The position numbers and the translations under genes were made by a program. Below are positions 38,414-48,099 of a DNA stretch of 64,000 nt, piece by piece; within the stretch, counting starts at the first letter, position 1; each line of letters begins with the position of its first letter. Under the pieces are notes generated by a model. It searched no databases. It was not told the origin of the DNA and saw only the letters and a program-made list of their open reading frames with translations. The stretch comes from a virus. Location: IMG/VR virus record IMGVR_UViG_3300020048_003650, positions 32,001-96,000 of that record; one strand, 5' to 3'.

Positions 38414-39370
38414 GTGATAAATAATTCGGTCGTCAACGTACTTGACACACTCAAAAAAGAAGATTACAATATTCTAATAGTTAATGCCCTTAACGGAGCG
38501 TTTCCTATTAGAGTTCGTAAAAAATATCCAAAAGCTAGAATTATCTGCGCCGAGATATTTCCATACTTCAAATCTCATCTACTCAAGTTGGGATTTGAAG
38601 TCATTGATTTTTCAATATTGACCGAAGATATGATAAAACGATTTAATGTGACTTTAGGTAATCCACCGTTTCAGGCAATGAAGTCTGATGGAGAGCGCAG
38701 TGATCAGGCTAGTAACCTGTGGAGTAAATTTTGGGTCAAGTCATTGGATATTACCAATGACAATGGAATTGTTGCTTTGGTTAGTCCAACTAGTTGGATT
38801 TCTCCTAGTTCAGAGATACGAGGCAAATGGTCTCGTAACGGCAAATCTAGATTGTGGGAGGTATTCGATCAATACGGTAGCTACGCTAATGTGACAGATG
38901 TAAAAAAACATTTTGATGGTGTGGGTTCTACATTTGGATATGTGATCGTAGATAAATCTAAAGATACTGGATTGATATTTTCAGACGGCGTGTCAACTAA
39001 ATTAGGATTTCGCGCTCATGGAGAATATGACCGAGTTGAATTGGAACTAGATCGAATAGAGAATCTTGATAAACATTTTAAGATTAATCAAGTTAATTCC
39101 CCCGGTCTAAGAGTTAGCTTTCCGTTAACCAGAACATTAACCGTTAACAGCGTAGAGATATTAACAGGACAATCGTCGCCGACTACCGGCTCTGATAAAG
39201 ATGGTTTGTATCTGTACATTCACGTGAATAATCTCACTGAAGCGGAATTGGTAAAAAACCGAATTATTGATTGTTTGGATATTTTAAATAAACTCTGCAA
39301 GTACAGTGGATTTATTAATATCCAAACAGTAAAAATGATTAAATTCTTCGATAGTGTTGTAAAAAGTTGA
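38414..39370 (+). CDS. Amino-MTase catalytic/TRD protein with degenerate SAM-binding motif (start uncertain)
   Basis: YNILIVNALNG, IICAE, LGNPPF, LWSKF, GIVALVSP.SW, HF.GVGS. Confidence 0.7.
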   Translation: MINNSVVNVLDTLKKEDYNILIVNALNGAFPIRVRKKYPKARIICAEIFPYFKSHLLKLGFEVIDFSILTEDMIKRFNVTLGNPPFQAMKSDGERSDQASNLWSKFWVKSLDITNDNGIVALVSPTSWISPSSEIRGKWSRNGKSRLWEVFDQYGSYANVTDVKKHFDGVGSTFGYVIVDKSKDTGLIFSDGVSTKLGFRAHGEYDRVELELDRIENLDKHFKINQVNSPGLRVSFPLTRTLTVNSVEILTGQSSPTTGSDKDGLYLYIHVNNLTEAELVKNRIIDCLDILNKLCKYSGFINIQTVKMIKFFDSVVKS

Positions 39371-39426
39371 CAATAAATCCCACTTGTGATATACTGTAGT
39401 TATTCTAACACATAGAGAATAGTTAA

Positions 39427-41907
39427 ATGAGTTTAAAGATTATTGGTGACAGAGCCAAGATACACTGGTTGAGTTCAACTAAATCAGTAACCTTGACCAA
39501 AGATCAGGGCGTACTCTATATCACTCAAGATGGTAAACTTGGTCAGGCAACCGTAGAGAGTTATGCCGGTCTGACTCCGGCCGAGGCATTCGTGCGTCGC
39601 TATAATGGCATGAAGTCTGCCATGAATGGTAACTTTATTGCCGATGATCTCGTGGTGATTGATAAGACGTATGGTGAGAATCATGATTATGATGATGGTG
39701 TTCGTCTACTGATTAATAAATTAAACAAGATCAATCTGATTGATTTTCGAGCTAACGTTCTATCTCAACAGACCGAAAATTCAAACAGCGAGGCACTAAT
39801 AGATTACAAGTCATCGTCGCATAGAGACGATGTTATCAATTGTATCAAACAATATCTAGGAATTAACACATACTACAATACTCACACACCATTTCAACCA
39901 CGTTACGGCCAACAGTGGGCCGTCGACGGTATTGTTAGCGGTCTCGCTCAGTATGATCGTGTGTTGTTTGCTGGCTACACGGGCGTTGGCAAGAGCAAGA
40001 TTGCCTTAGAGGCAATTCATCAGTACTATCCTGGTGGCGCTGTGATTCTTATTACCACACCTATTACCGAGACCATTACGTCATTCAAGGACGCCGTCGA
40101 TGATACAAGATTTGGCAATTCTCCAACCAGAGAGACTGTGATATATTCGACCGATAATATGCCGAGTGTCAAGAATATCAAAAACTCTGTTGCCAATGGC
40201 AATATTGTTATTGTTATTGCCACAGTACAGGATATTCGCTATCAAGACAGTTCTTCAATTACCACACCGAATAAAAAACTTCGTACAAAATACACGTCAC
40301 TGTGTCAGATAGTTGATCTATGGATTCGTGATGAGTATCATAAAGAGTACGGCGGAACAGTTACTCAGGAGGTATTCAAACATATCAAGACCAGTAAAAA
40401 ACTAGACTTGACCGCCACGCCGTATTCGGTCATTGATGAATATGATAGTGAACAGGTAATCTCACGTACACTATTGTGGGCAGTGGCAAATCGTGCTAAT
40501 ACCGGCGTGCCAAATTTTGGTATTGACTGTTTAGCCGGCTTGTTGCCAAAAAACATGAGTAAGTGGGGCGACCTATTCAGCGAGAGCGAGGGCTTTCACA
40601 GTCATAAATTGGTCGAACAATGCAGTTCAACAGGCGAGTTCGTAAACTTCGGAATCATCGAGGATATGATCGAGCGTTCATACTGTATGAATACCGTGCC
40701 TCGTAAAAAGAACGTGTTCAGCATCGGTAATGATGCTGAGTTGAGTCTTGTCGCCCGTGAAGTTGGATTGTGGATTATGCCAGAGGGAGCAAATGGCATT
40801 TCGGCATCAGACTACATTGTGTCACTGGCAGACAAATTGAATCGTTGTGGCACAATTAATAAACACGTTAAAGTTACAACGGCATATGAGATTGACGGTC
40901 TGCGTAAACAGTTAACTGTGGAAGAATATGTTAATTCAATCAAAGACCATCGTGTCTTGATTATCCTTACTCACGGTAAGTTCAAAACCGGAACTGATAT
41001 ACCCTGTTTAGGTCACATTGTATTACTAGACAAGATTAGTAATATAGCGGAGTTTGAACAAACTGTTGGTAGAATCATGCGTGTCTATCCAACTAAGGAC
41101 TACACTAAAATGTATGTGTACAGTCCAGGTGTCACCGTCAAGGAAGTAGTTACTGAGTTAGCCCATCAGAATACTAAATTGTCCACGGACGAGACCCGTA
41201 GTGAATTGGATTTCTTAAGTTGTTTTCCAATTAGCGAGTATGATGGTCTGTCTATCCAGTCTCTCGATCCAGTTACACTGTTTGAAGAGTTTAAAGAAAA
41301 ACTTAGACTCAAGAGTGCAATTGCCAACTTTAAATTGCCCAGTGAAATTCGTTCAATGATTGAGAATAATTCAGATATCGCGGACGAATTATCTTTGCTG
41401 TCTAAGAAAAATGGTAAGCGCGATGGCCTAAGTTCGGACCTTACAGAAGATAATAACTCTGAGGTTTTTGGCAACCGTAATAAAAAAAATGGCAACACGA
41501 AAAAATCAACACCAGTCAACCAAGATCAAAAAACTATCAATAATATCATTAACGGACTGGAAGAAATTTGGATAAACGTTCCGCCATTTGCCATTATTAC
41601 AGATAGTGACGACATCGTTGATGTGTTACAATGTGAACCGCTAATTGAAATGTTCGGTCATGATCATATCTATTCAGTCGTCGATGTGATGAATAATTAT
41701 CCAGACTTTAAGAAACGACTGCAACTTAGATTGAACGTGTTCTTGACTGCATTCCGTGATCTACCGCCGGAACAGTGTTACGATTCAGTATTTAAAAACT
41801 GTGATAAAAAAATGAAACAGGGATTGGTATTCACCCCGTTTAGTTTAATTGATGAATTGTTGGATAAATTGCCTATGGACAGTTACAACGCTAAATATGG
41901 ATACTAA
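39427..41907 (+). CDS. SF2 helicase / restriction-like subunit
   Basis: GYTGVGKS, DEYH, LTATP, TGTDIP, QTVGRIMR; C-terminal GLVFTP; promoter TTGACA(39367)-N17-TATACT. Confidence 0.8.
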   Translation: MSLKIIGDRAKIHWLSSTKSVTLTKDQGVLYITQDGKLGQATVESYAGLTPAEAFVRRYNGMKSAMNGNFIADDLVVIDKTYGENHDYDDGVRLLINKLNKINLIDFRANVLSQQTENSNSEALIDYKSSSHRDDVINCIKQYLGINTYYNTHTPFQPRYGQQWAVDGIVSGLAQYDRVLFAGYTGVGKSKIALEAIHQYYPGGAVILITTPITETITSFKDAVDDTRFGNSPTRETVIYSTDNMPSVKNIKNSVANGNIVIVIATVQDIRYQDSSSITTPNKKLRTKYTSLCQIVDLWIRDEYHKEYGGTVTQEVFKHIKTSKKLDLTATPYSVIDEYDSEQVISRTLLWAVANRANTGVPNFGIDCLAGLLPKNMSKWGDLFSESEGFHSHKLVEQCSSTGEFVNFGIIEDMIERSYCMNTVPRKKNVFSIGNDAELSLVAREVGLWIMPEGANGISASDYIVSLADKLNRCGTINKHVKVTTAYEIDGLRKQLTVEEYVNSIKDHRVLIILTHGKFKTGTDIPCLGHIVLLDKISNIAEFEQTVGRIMRVYPTKDYTKMYVYSPGVTVKEVVTELAHQNTKLSTDETRSELDFLSCFPISEYDGLSIQSLDPVTLFEEFKEKLRLKSAIANFKLPSEIRSMIENNSDIADELSLLSKKNGKRDGLSSDLTEDNNSEVFGNRNKKNGNTKKSTPVNQDQKTINNIINGLEEIWINVPPFAIITDSDDIVDVLQCEPLIEMFGHDHIYSVVDVMNNYPDFKKRLQLRLNVFLTAFRDLPPEQCYDSVFKNCDKKMKQGLVFTPFSLIDELLDKLPMDSYNAKYGY

Positions 41908-42934
41908 GATGATTGACAAGTTAAGCGATAAAGACTACAATATCTTAGTGATAAATGCACTTAACGGCACATTTGCAATTAAACTCAGACAGCGGTATCC
42001 ACGTGCCAGAATTATCTGTGCCGAGATGTTCTCTTACTACGGAGAACACCTGACTAAACTGGGTTTTGAAGTTATCGACTACAAAGACTTGGACAAGAGT
42101 ATGAGATTTGATGTAATAGCCGGAAATCCTCCTTATCTTAAAGGAAAATGGATAGAGTTTTTAAAACGTTCTATCGAACTTTCCAATAAACACGTTCTGA
42201 TGATTTCTCCAGACGGAACGAATAATTTTTCCACTCGCTCTGATAAATTGATCAGTTTTCTTAAGGAAAATGGAATTCAATCAAAAGTTGAATGCACTGA
42301 TTCTTTCCCTACTGTTCTTAGCGGCAAGATTGTCACTTATTTTTTGGATAAAAGTAAACCTGGAAATTCAGATATCTTTGACCCAGTTGATGATCTTGGA
42401 CGACTGTTAAAACAAGTTATCCCGAATTCCAGAAAAAGTTTTCGGGGCGGCTATGAATTTATGGAACCAAAAGTAAAAGGAATTAAGCGTAACAAGAACA
42501 AGGACGTTCTGCCAAGTAATGATTCACAATCGTCAGAATATTCTCAACGAGTAATTGTGGGTGTCACCAGAAAAGGAATCATCGAACGATATTTTGCTGA
42601 ACAATCTAGCGAGAGTCAGGCTACGGAACTAGGGTTTGTCATAAATCGCTCATTCGGACAAGGGTCCAATAAAGACGTTTATTTGGTAGATTCACAGAAT
42701 ACACAATTTACCAATAATGTCATTTGGTTCGAGGCATATCCTGGAGAGACTGTGGAATCATTCTTATCAGTTTTTGGTAGTAATCTTTACGGCGAATTAC
42801 TTACTCGTTTACGTAATGGTTCCATGGATATTCGAGCAACTCATCTTCAGGCATTGCCATGTCCGCCGCTAACTCGTGTGTATTCTGAACAAGAAGTCCA
42901 CAATTTTGTTAAAAATCAACAAAAATATGGCTAA
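41897..42934 (+). CDS. Amino-MTase catalytic/TRD protein with degenerate SAM-binding motif
   Basis: YNILVINALNG, IICAE, FDVIAGNPPY; paralog of 38414. Confidence 0.72.
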   Translation: MDTKMIDKLSDKDYNILVINALNGTFAIKLRQRYPRARIICAEMFSYYGEHLTKLGFEVIDYKDLDKSMRFDVIAGNPPYLKGKWIEFLKRSIELSNKHVLMISPDGTNNFSTRSDKLISFLKENGIQSKVECTDSFPTVLSGKIVTYFLDKSKPGNSDIFDPVDDLGRLLKQVIPNSRKSFRGGYEFMEPKVKGIKRNKNKDVLPSNDSQSSEYSQRVIVGVTRKGIIERYFAEQSSESQATELGFVINRSFGQGSNKDVYLVDSQNTQFTNNVIWFEAYPGETVESFLSVFGSNLYGELLTRLRNGSMDIRATHLQALPCPPLTRVYSEQEVHNFVKNQQKYG

Positions 42935-42985
42935 AGCCATACAAAATCACTTGACACCGATCAACTATTAGAGTACAATAGTCAC

Positions 42986-43516
42986 ATGAACATTGAAACT
43001 ATTATCAAACATTTACGTGAACGTGAATACATGTCGGGCGTTGACCGTGACAAAACTCGTGTAAAAGCGACCGGCGAAGTCTACACTCCAACTCCTCTTG
43101 TACAAGAGATCCTCCATCAAATACCACAAGATCAATTTCAGGATCCCACTAAGACATTCTTAGACCCGACCTGTGGTGACGGTCAGTTCTTGAGTGAAAT
43201 CATTATCAAGAAGATCGAATCTGGTTCAACATACGAACAGGCACTCTCAACTACCTATGGCGTTGATTTAATGCCAGATAACTGCCGTGAGTGTATCAGG
43301 CGATTGTACGGCGCCCTGGGTGAGCCTGTTATTGAAACCCTAGAAAATGGAGATATCCCCCTGGAGTGGCAGCGTGATGGCGTCATCGCGGTATTCAGGG
43401 TGAACGGCACAATCTGTAACATTGTCTGTGCAGACGGACTTAAATATGACTACAGTTTTGGTGAATTGCCTGAGCCAGAGGTGTTTGGCAATTCGCTATT
43501 CGAAATAGGAGCATGA
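42986..43516 (+). CDS. Stand-alone SAM-binding half of an N6-adenine MTase
   Basis: GEVYTP (X), FLDPTCGDG (I), GVDL (II), CADGL (III); no NPPY. Confidence 0.78.
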   Translation: MNIETIIKHLREREYMSGVDRDKTRVKATGEVYTPTPLVQEILHQIPQDQFQDPTKTFLDPTCGDGQFLSEIIIKKIESGSTYEQALSTTYGVDLMPDNCRECIRRLYGALGEPVIETLENGDIPLEWQRDGVIAVFRVNGTICNIVCADGLKYDYSFGELPEPEVFGNSLFEIGA

Positions 43517-44535
43517 ATTCATTACTAAACTACATTGGTCACAAGTCAAAAAATATGAATAATTTTTACGTTCTAAAACGTGATGTGCTATCAATGAACA
43601 AGATCAATGAACTAGTTGACCTTGTTTATATCGATCCTCCATTTAATTTGAGTCGAAGATTTGAAATGGAAGGTGGTAGCGGATTTGATGATTATTGGAA
43701 AAATGATGATGAATACTTAGATTGGTATGCGTCTATTATCACTGGATGTTATAATGTCCTGGGTAAGAACGGGACCATCTATTGTCATAATAACTTTATA
43801 AATAACGCATTGGTTCTTTCGAGAGTGTCGGAAAAAATTAGAAAATCATTCGATACCAATATTTCTTGGAAACGTAGTCACCCTCACAATAACATCAAAA
43901 ATGGTTGGGGTAATATTACAGACAGTATTATTGTTTTTAAAAAGGGAAAACCATATTTTCAGCCAGAATACACTGAGTTAAATGAGAACTACAAAACTGG
44001 TAGTTTTAATAACTGTGATAGTCGCGGAAACTATAGTTTGAGTCCTATTACAGGAGAGAAATCACGATTGGGTCATATGTACACGTTTAATGGATACACA
44101 CCCACTTATGGTTGGCGTAAGACTCTCGAGGATGTTCAAATTCTACACGAACAAAATATGATTCATTATGGAGATAATAAACCATATATGAAAAAATATT
44201 TAAACGAAAGTAAGGGTGTGCCAGTTCAAAATTTTTGGAACGATATACATCCTATCACCAGAAGTGAGAAGAATAAGCGTGAGTACCCAACACAAAAACC
44301 AACATTGTTACTGGAGCGTATTATCAGAGCTAGTTGCCCTGTAAATGGTTTGGTTTTTGACCCGTTCTGTGGTAGCGGAACTACAATGATGGCCACAGTT
44401 AATGTTGGAAATAGACGTTGTATCACAAGCGATCTAAATGATGAAGCTCTACAATTATGTAAAAATTCTCTACAACAACTATTAATATTCCCCGATATTG
44501 ACGGAGAAAATATTTGGCCTACGTCCCAGTTATGA
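43513..44535 (+). CDS. Beta-class N4/N6 DNA methyltransferase
   Basis: YIDPPF, YPTQKP..LL.RII, DPFCGSGTT; N-terminal MNSLLNYIGHKSK stub. Confidence 0.9.
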   Translation: MNSLLNYIGHKSKNMNNFYVLKRDVLSMNKINELVDLVYIDPPFNLSRRFEMEGGSGFDDYWKNDDEYLDWYASIITGCYNVLGKNGTIYCHNNFINNALVLSRVSEKIRKSFDTNISWKRSHPHNNIKNGWGNITDSIIVFKKGKPYFQPEYTELNENYKTGSFNNCDSRGNYSLSPITGEKSRLGHMYTFNGYTPTYGWRKTLEDVQILHEQNMIHYGDNKPYMKKYLNESKGVPVQNFWNDIHPITRSEKNKREYPTQKPTLLLERIIRASCPVNGLVFDPFCGSGTTMMATVNVGNRRCITSDLNDEALQLCKNSLQQLLIFPDIDGENIWPTSQL

Positions 44536-44606
44536 TACTGATAAAAATAATTTATTTTTCTTTGAAAACACTTGACAGTATTAACAGACTATAGTATAAT
44601 ATCTGA

Positions 44607-45425
44607 ATGAGATTTGATGTAATAGCCGGAAATCCTCCATTTAATATTTCTAGTGATAGCGAAAACACTATTGCTGGAACCAGTGGCAATACTACACTTT
44701 ACAAAAAGTTTATTGACATTAGTTTATCATTATCAGACACTGTGGCTATGGTGGTTCAACGTAATGGAGTCAGATATGCCGACAAAAAATCAGGCGGTGT
44801 GAGTAAATATTGTCTTGACACTACTCAGCACTGGAATTTTAACACTGGGTGGTTTATCACTAATAAGTCAGACACATCAGTAGAGAACTGTTCTAAGAAT
44901 CAGATTATCAAAAAAATATATTTATTAGAACAACAGTGGAATTACTCGGCCCCACTCAGCGGAAGTTATTCTAAGAATATCGATAAGAAGTTTTGGCTAA
45001 AATCCAATGGTCAAGATGTTTATGGAATAGTTGACACTCCAACGAAGGATTTCGACGAATGTCGATACGGATATTTTGAATCACCGTATCGTAGTGGTTC
45101 ACAACTGATATTCAAGGGATTGGAAAGTATCAACAGTTATGTGGTGACTGATGAGTTTACCAAGGCAGGCAGTACGGCTGTATTGTTTTTTGACACAATT
45201 GAACAGGCTCATTTGGCAAAGAAATTTATTCTTAACAATCTTGTGATTAAATATTTAAAATCAATAATTCATGAAAAGACACTGGGTATGGTATTTAGAT
45301 ATCTACGAAAGTTTGATTTGAATCAAATAAAGACTGGTTATGAATATCCCGTGGAATGGAATCTAAGTGAACAAGACATTGAAAAAATAGAAAACAATCA
45401 ATCAAAGTTATCCAAAATTACTTGA
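44607..45425 (+). CDS. Stand-alone catalytic/TRD half of an amino-MTase
   Basis: Begins MRFDVIAGNPPF; LYKKFI; no motif I; promoter TTGACA(44572)-N17-TATAAT(44595). Confidence 0.72.
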   Translation: MRFDVIAGNPPFNISSDSENTIAGTSGNTTLYKKFIDISLSLSDTVAMVVQRNGVRYADKKSGGVSKYCLDTTQHWNFNTGWFITNKSDTSVENCSKNQIIKKIYLLEQQWNYSAPLSGSYSKNIDKKFWLKSNGQDVYGIVDTPTKDFDECRYGYFESPYRSGSQLIFKGLESINSYVVTDEFTKAGSTAVLFFDTIEQAHLAKKFILNNLVIKYLKSIIHEKTLGMVFRYLRKFDLNQIKTGYEYPVEWNLSEQDIEKIENNQSKLSKIT

Positions 45426-45540
45426 CACCGATCAACTATCATAGTACAATGTCTGTGCGAACGGACTTAAATATGACTACAGTTTTGGCGAATTGCCAGA
45501 ATCAGAGATCATTGGAAATGGTCTGTTTGAAATCGGATAA
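45422..45540 (+). pseudogene. Deletion remnant of a 42986 paralog
   Basis: Near-identical promoter to 42951 fused to VCANGLKYDYSFGELPESEIIGNGLFEIG*. Confidence 0.85.
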
Positions 45541-45594
45541 TCCTAGTTTTACTTAGATAAATACTCTATCTTTACTGGATTAATCGAGGTCAAA

Positions 45595-47064
45595 ATGAAA
45601 ATAACAGAAGTTATACAAGAGTCGGAATCAAAATTAAAATCAAGAGTTAAAAGAGCGATTGATAAACTAGATGATTCTGATGCGGAACAGATTCAGACTC
45701 TAAATCACGTAAAAAATGTTATTTATGACAGTGTATTGCAAAAAACATTTAATGAAAGTGACATCCAGTCTAGATGTCGTCCTATTGCGTACGAATGGTT
45801 CAAGGCTGCGTTAGAACGGATCGGTGTTCCTCTCGAAGATAAGGTATATCTGATAAAATTGATGGGAGACGAAAGATATTTAATTCCTGAAGAAATATAT
45901 CAGAAAAATACCAATGGCAACTTGTTAAATCACGTAAGCGACAAGATAAGAACAAACTCGGCGTTCAAGGAATTGGCTAGCCCGTTGTGGAAATATAAAA
46001 TAGGTGGCCAGGGCGGAATGGGACCTGGTGAGTTGTTTATGTCGCTTTTTTCAAAAAACGGCAAGGAAGGAGAAGGCAAAAAAGGAGGAGATGTCACAGT
46101 CGGAAGTTGGAAAATAGAACTGAAGCAGGGAGGAGTCGTTCCGCCCGGTGACACCAAAAATACAGGATTAGTTGATAAGTTAAACAAAAATCTATTGGAT
46201 ATTGCAAAAAAAGAAAACTTTTTAGATAGATTAGATTTAAAATCGTCTGCTGGAAAAGATAATCCCAACAATTTAAGTTCTGGATGGATTCCTCAGTTTT
46301 TTAAAACATACACTGAACTTCACGATGAGTCATCATCTAAAAAAATACTTACTAAATATCTAACGGATTTGTATGGAAGTTCGGCACGTGCATATGCCGA
46401 TTTGACTTTTGATAACTTAGGTAAACCCGGAGCAGAAAGAGTATTAGCTCCGATGATTTTAGATATGTATAAGGATTCCCACGAGTGGGATAGTATTTGT
46501 TTTGTTGATGAAAACTTTAAATTCATTAACCTGGTTACCTTTGAAAATATACCAAATGATCTTAAGTTTTCACTGAAACTGAAAAGAGGAGGAGATACTA
46601 ATGCTGTTGCCGACGGTTACATGGTTGTCGGTTTTAATAATGACAAAAAACAATCTTCAACTAAGAATAACAAAAAAATAGACAATAAATCAACTATACA
46701 AACATCTAAGAAAAATGACGGTGATGTAAAAAACAAAAACATACCATCTGACAATAAAAAGATTCAACCTCCAGTTCCAGAAAAAACCGCCAAACAACAG
46801 GCAAAAGATCAGGTCAGAGATTCTAAAATTAATGATATGATCAATCTTATCAAAACTGAACCTTCAAAACCATTATCGGTTGCGATTAAGAAAACTATTG
46901 GTATGAATCCTACCATAAATCAACTTGAAATAATAGGTGATGTTATTGATGACATGGAATCCGGAGTCTCTGTCGATCAAATTATCGCCGACCGGTCCGG
47001 ACCAGAAAATTTTTATGAATCATCAATGCAGTTAATGGGAATAAAACGTCTACTCCAATTTTAA
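45595..47064 (+). CDS. Late protein with PD-(D/E)xK nuclease-like core
   Basis: GPGELF...GDV...IELK; GATAAATA at 45556; N-terminus MKITEVIQE. Confidence 0.55.
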   Translation: MKITEVIQESESKLKSRVKRAIDKLDDSDAEQIQTLNHVKNVIYDSVLQKTFNESDIQSRCRPIAYEWFKAALERIGVPLEDKVYLIKLMGDERYLIPEEIYQKNTNGNLLNHVSDKIRTNSAFKELASPLWKYKIGGQGGMGPGELFMSLFSKNGKEGEGKKGGDVTVGSWKIELKQGGVVPPGDTKNTGLVDKLNKNLLDIAKKENFLDRLDLKSSAGKDNPNNLSSGWIPQFFKTYTELHDESSSKKILTKYLTDLYGSSARAYADLTFDNLGKPGAERVLAPMILDMYKDSHEWDSICFVDENFKFINLVTFENIPNDLKFSLKLKRGGDTNAVADGYMVVGFNNDKKQSSTKNNKKIDNKSTIQTSKKNDGDVKNKNIPSDNKKIQPPVPEKTAKQQAKDQVRDSKINDMINLIKTEPSKPLSVAIKKTIGMNPTINQLEIIGDVIDDMESGVSVDQIIADRSGPENFYESSMQLMGIKRLLQF

Positions 47065-47128
47065 AATATCTGACTATTTTGGATAATATTATCTTGACTT
47101 TCATGTGCCTATAACATATAATAGATAC

Positions 47129-48061
47129 ATGTCAAAATATAAAAAACCTCTGTTTATGTGGGCCGGCGGCAAAACTAAAATGATCAAGTTTTATGATCAG
47201 AGTCGAATAATGCCAACTACAGTCAACCGATACATTGAACCATTCTTTGGTGGCGGAGCAATGTACATCGAAGTGATGGAAAGATTTAATCCAAAGATAT
47301 CAATTATCAACGATATAAATTCCAGTATAGTTAAAATTTATCAATCTATCAAAACTGATTATGATAATTTTATTATTCATCTGGATCGATTATGTGTTAA
47401 ATATCTAGCCATGAACACCGTTGATCGTAAAACGTTTTATTACGAGGTTAGAAATTTACACGCGTATCATTATCAAAATTGGAGTAGTACTCAAGAATCC
47501 GCTACTCTTTACTTTTTGATGAAAACTGGATTCAACGGAATATGGCAATGTAATCAAAATACAAATGGTAGATTTGGAACACCTAGTGGCCTATTGAATC
47601 AGAAAGACAGAGTCTATGATGTGGACGTAATCAAATATTGGAATAATATTCTTCAATCATCCATTATTTTAAATCAAGATTGCAAATCTGTTTTATCACA
47701 ATATCCAGACGTAGACGATAGTTTTTATTTTTTAGACCCTCCATATAGAGGGAGTTTTACTCATTACAGTCAAACTTTCACAGATCAAGACCAAACAGAT
47801 TTGTTAACCTTCGCCAAATCTGTCTCGTCTAATAGTAGGATATTATTGTGTAATGATGACGTTGGAGATAATTTTTTTCAGAATCAAATAGGTTCTCTTC
47901 AAATAGAGTCATACAATCTAAAACATACAGCGGGCCGTAGAAAAAAAACTGATGATGGATTTATCGCAAAGTCGGTAACGGAAATAGTCATTCATAACTC
48001 ATCGAACATAAAATCCACATCGGAATCTTTTGGAAACGACCTATTCGAAATCGGCGCATGA
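47129..48061 (+). CDS. Dam-like (D12 class) adenine methyltransferase
   Basis: PLFMWAGGK, EPFFGGGA, INDIN, GFNG, FLDPPY, TEIVI.N. Confidence 0.92.
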   Translation: MSKYKKPLFMWAGGKTKMIKFYDQSRIMPTTVNRYIEPFFGGGAMYIEVMERFNPKISIINDINSSIVKIYQSIKTDYDNFIIHLDRLCVKYLAMNTVDRKTFYYEVRNLHAYHYQNWSSTQESATLYFLMKTGFNGIWQCNQNTNGRFGTPSGLLNQKDRVYDVDVIKYWNNILQSSIILNQDCKSVLSQYPDVDDSFYFLDPPYRGSFTHYSQTFTDQDQTDLLTFAKSVSSNSRILLCNDDVGDNFFQNQIGSLQIESYNLKHTAGRRKKTDDGFIAKSVTEIVIHNSSNIKSTSESFGNDLFEIGA

Positions 48062-48099
48062 ATTCATTACTGAACTACATTGGTCATAAATCAAAATGA
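48058..48099 (+). pseudogene. 13-codon dam-like stub MNSLLNYIGHKSK
   Basis: Overlaps both neighbours by ATGA. Confidence 0.75.
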
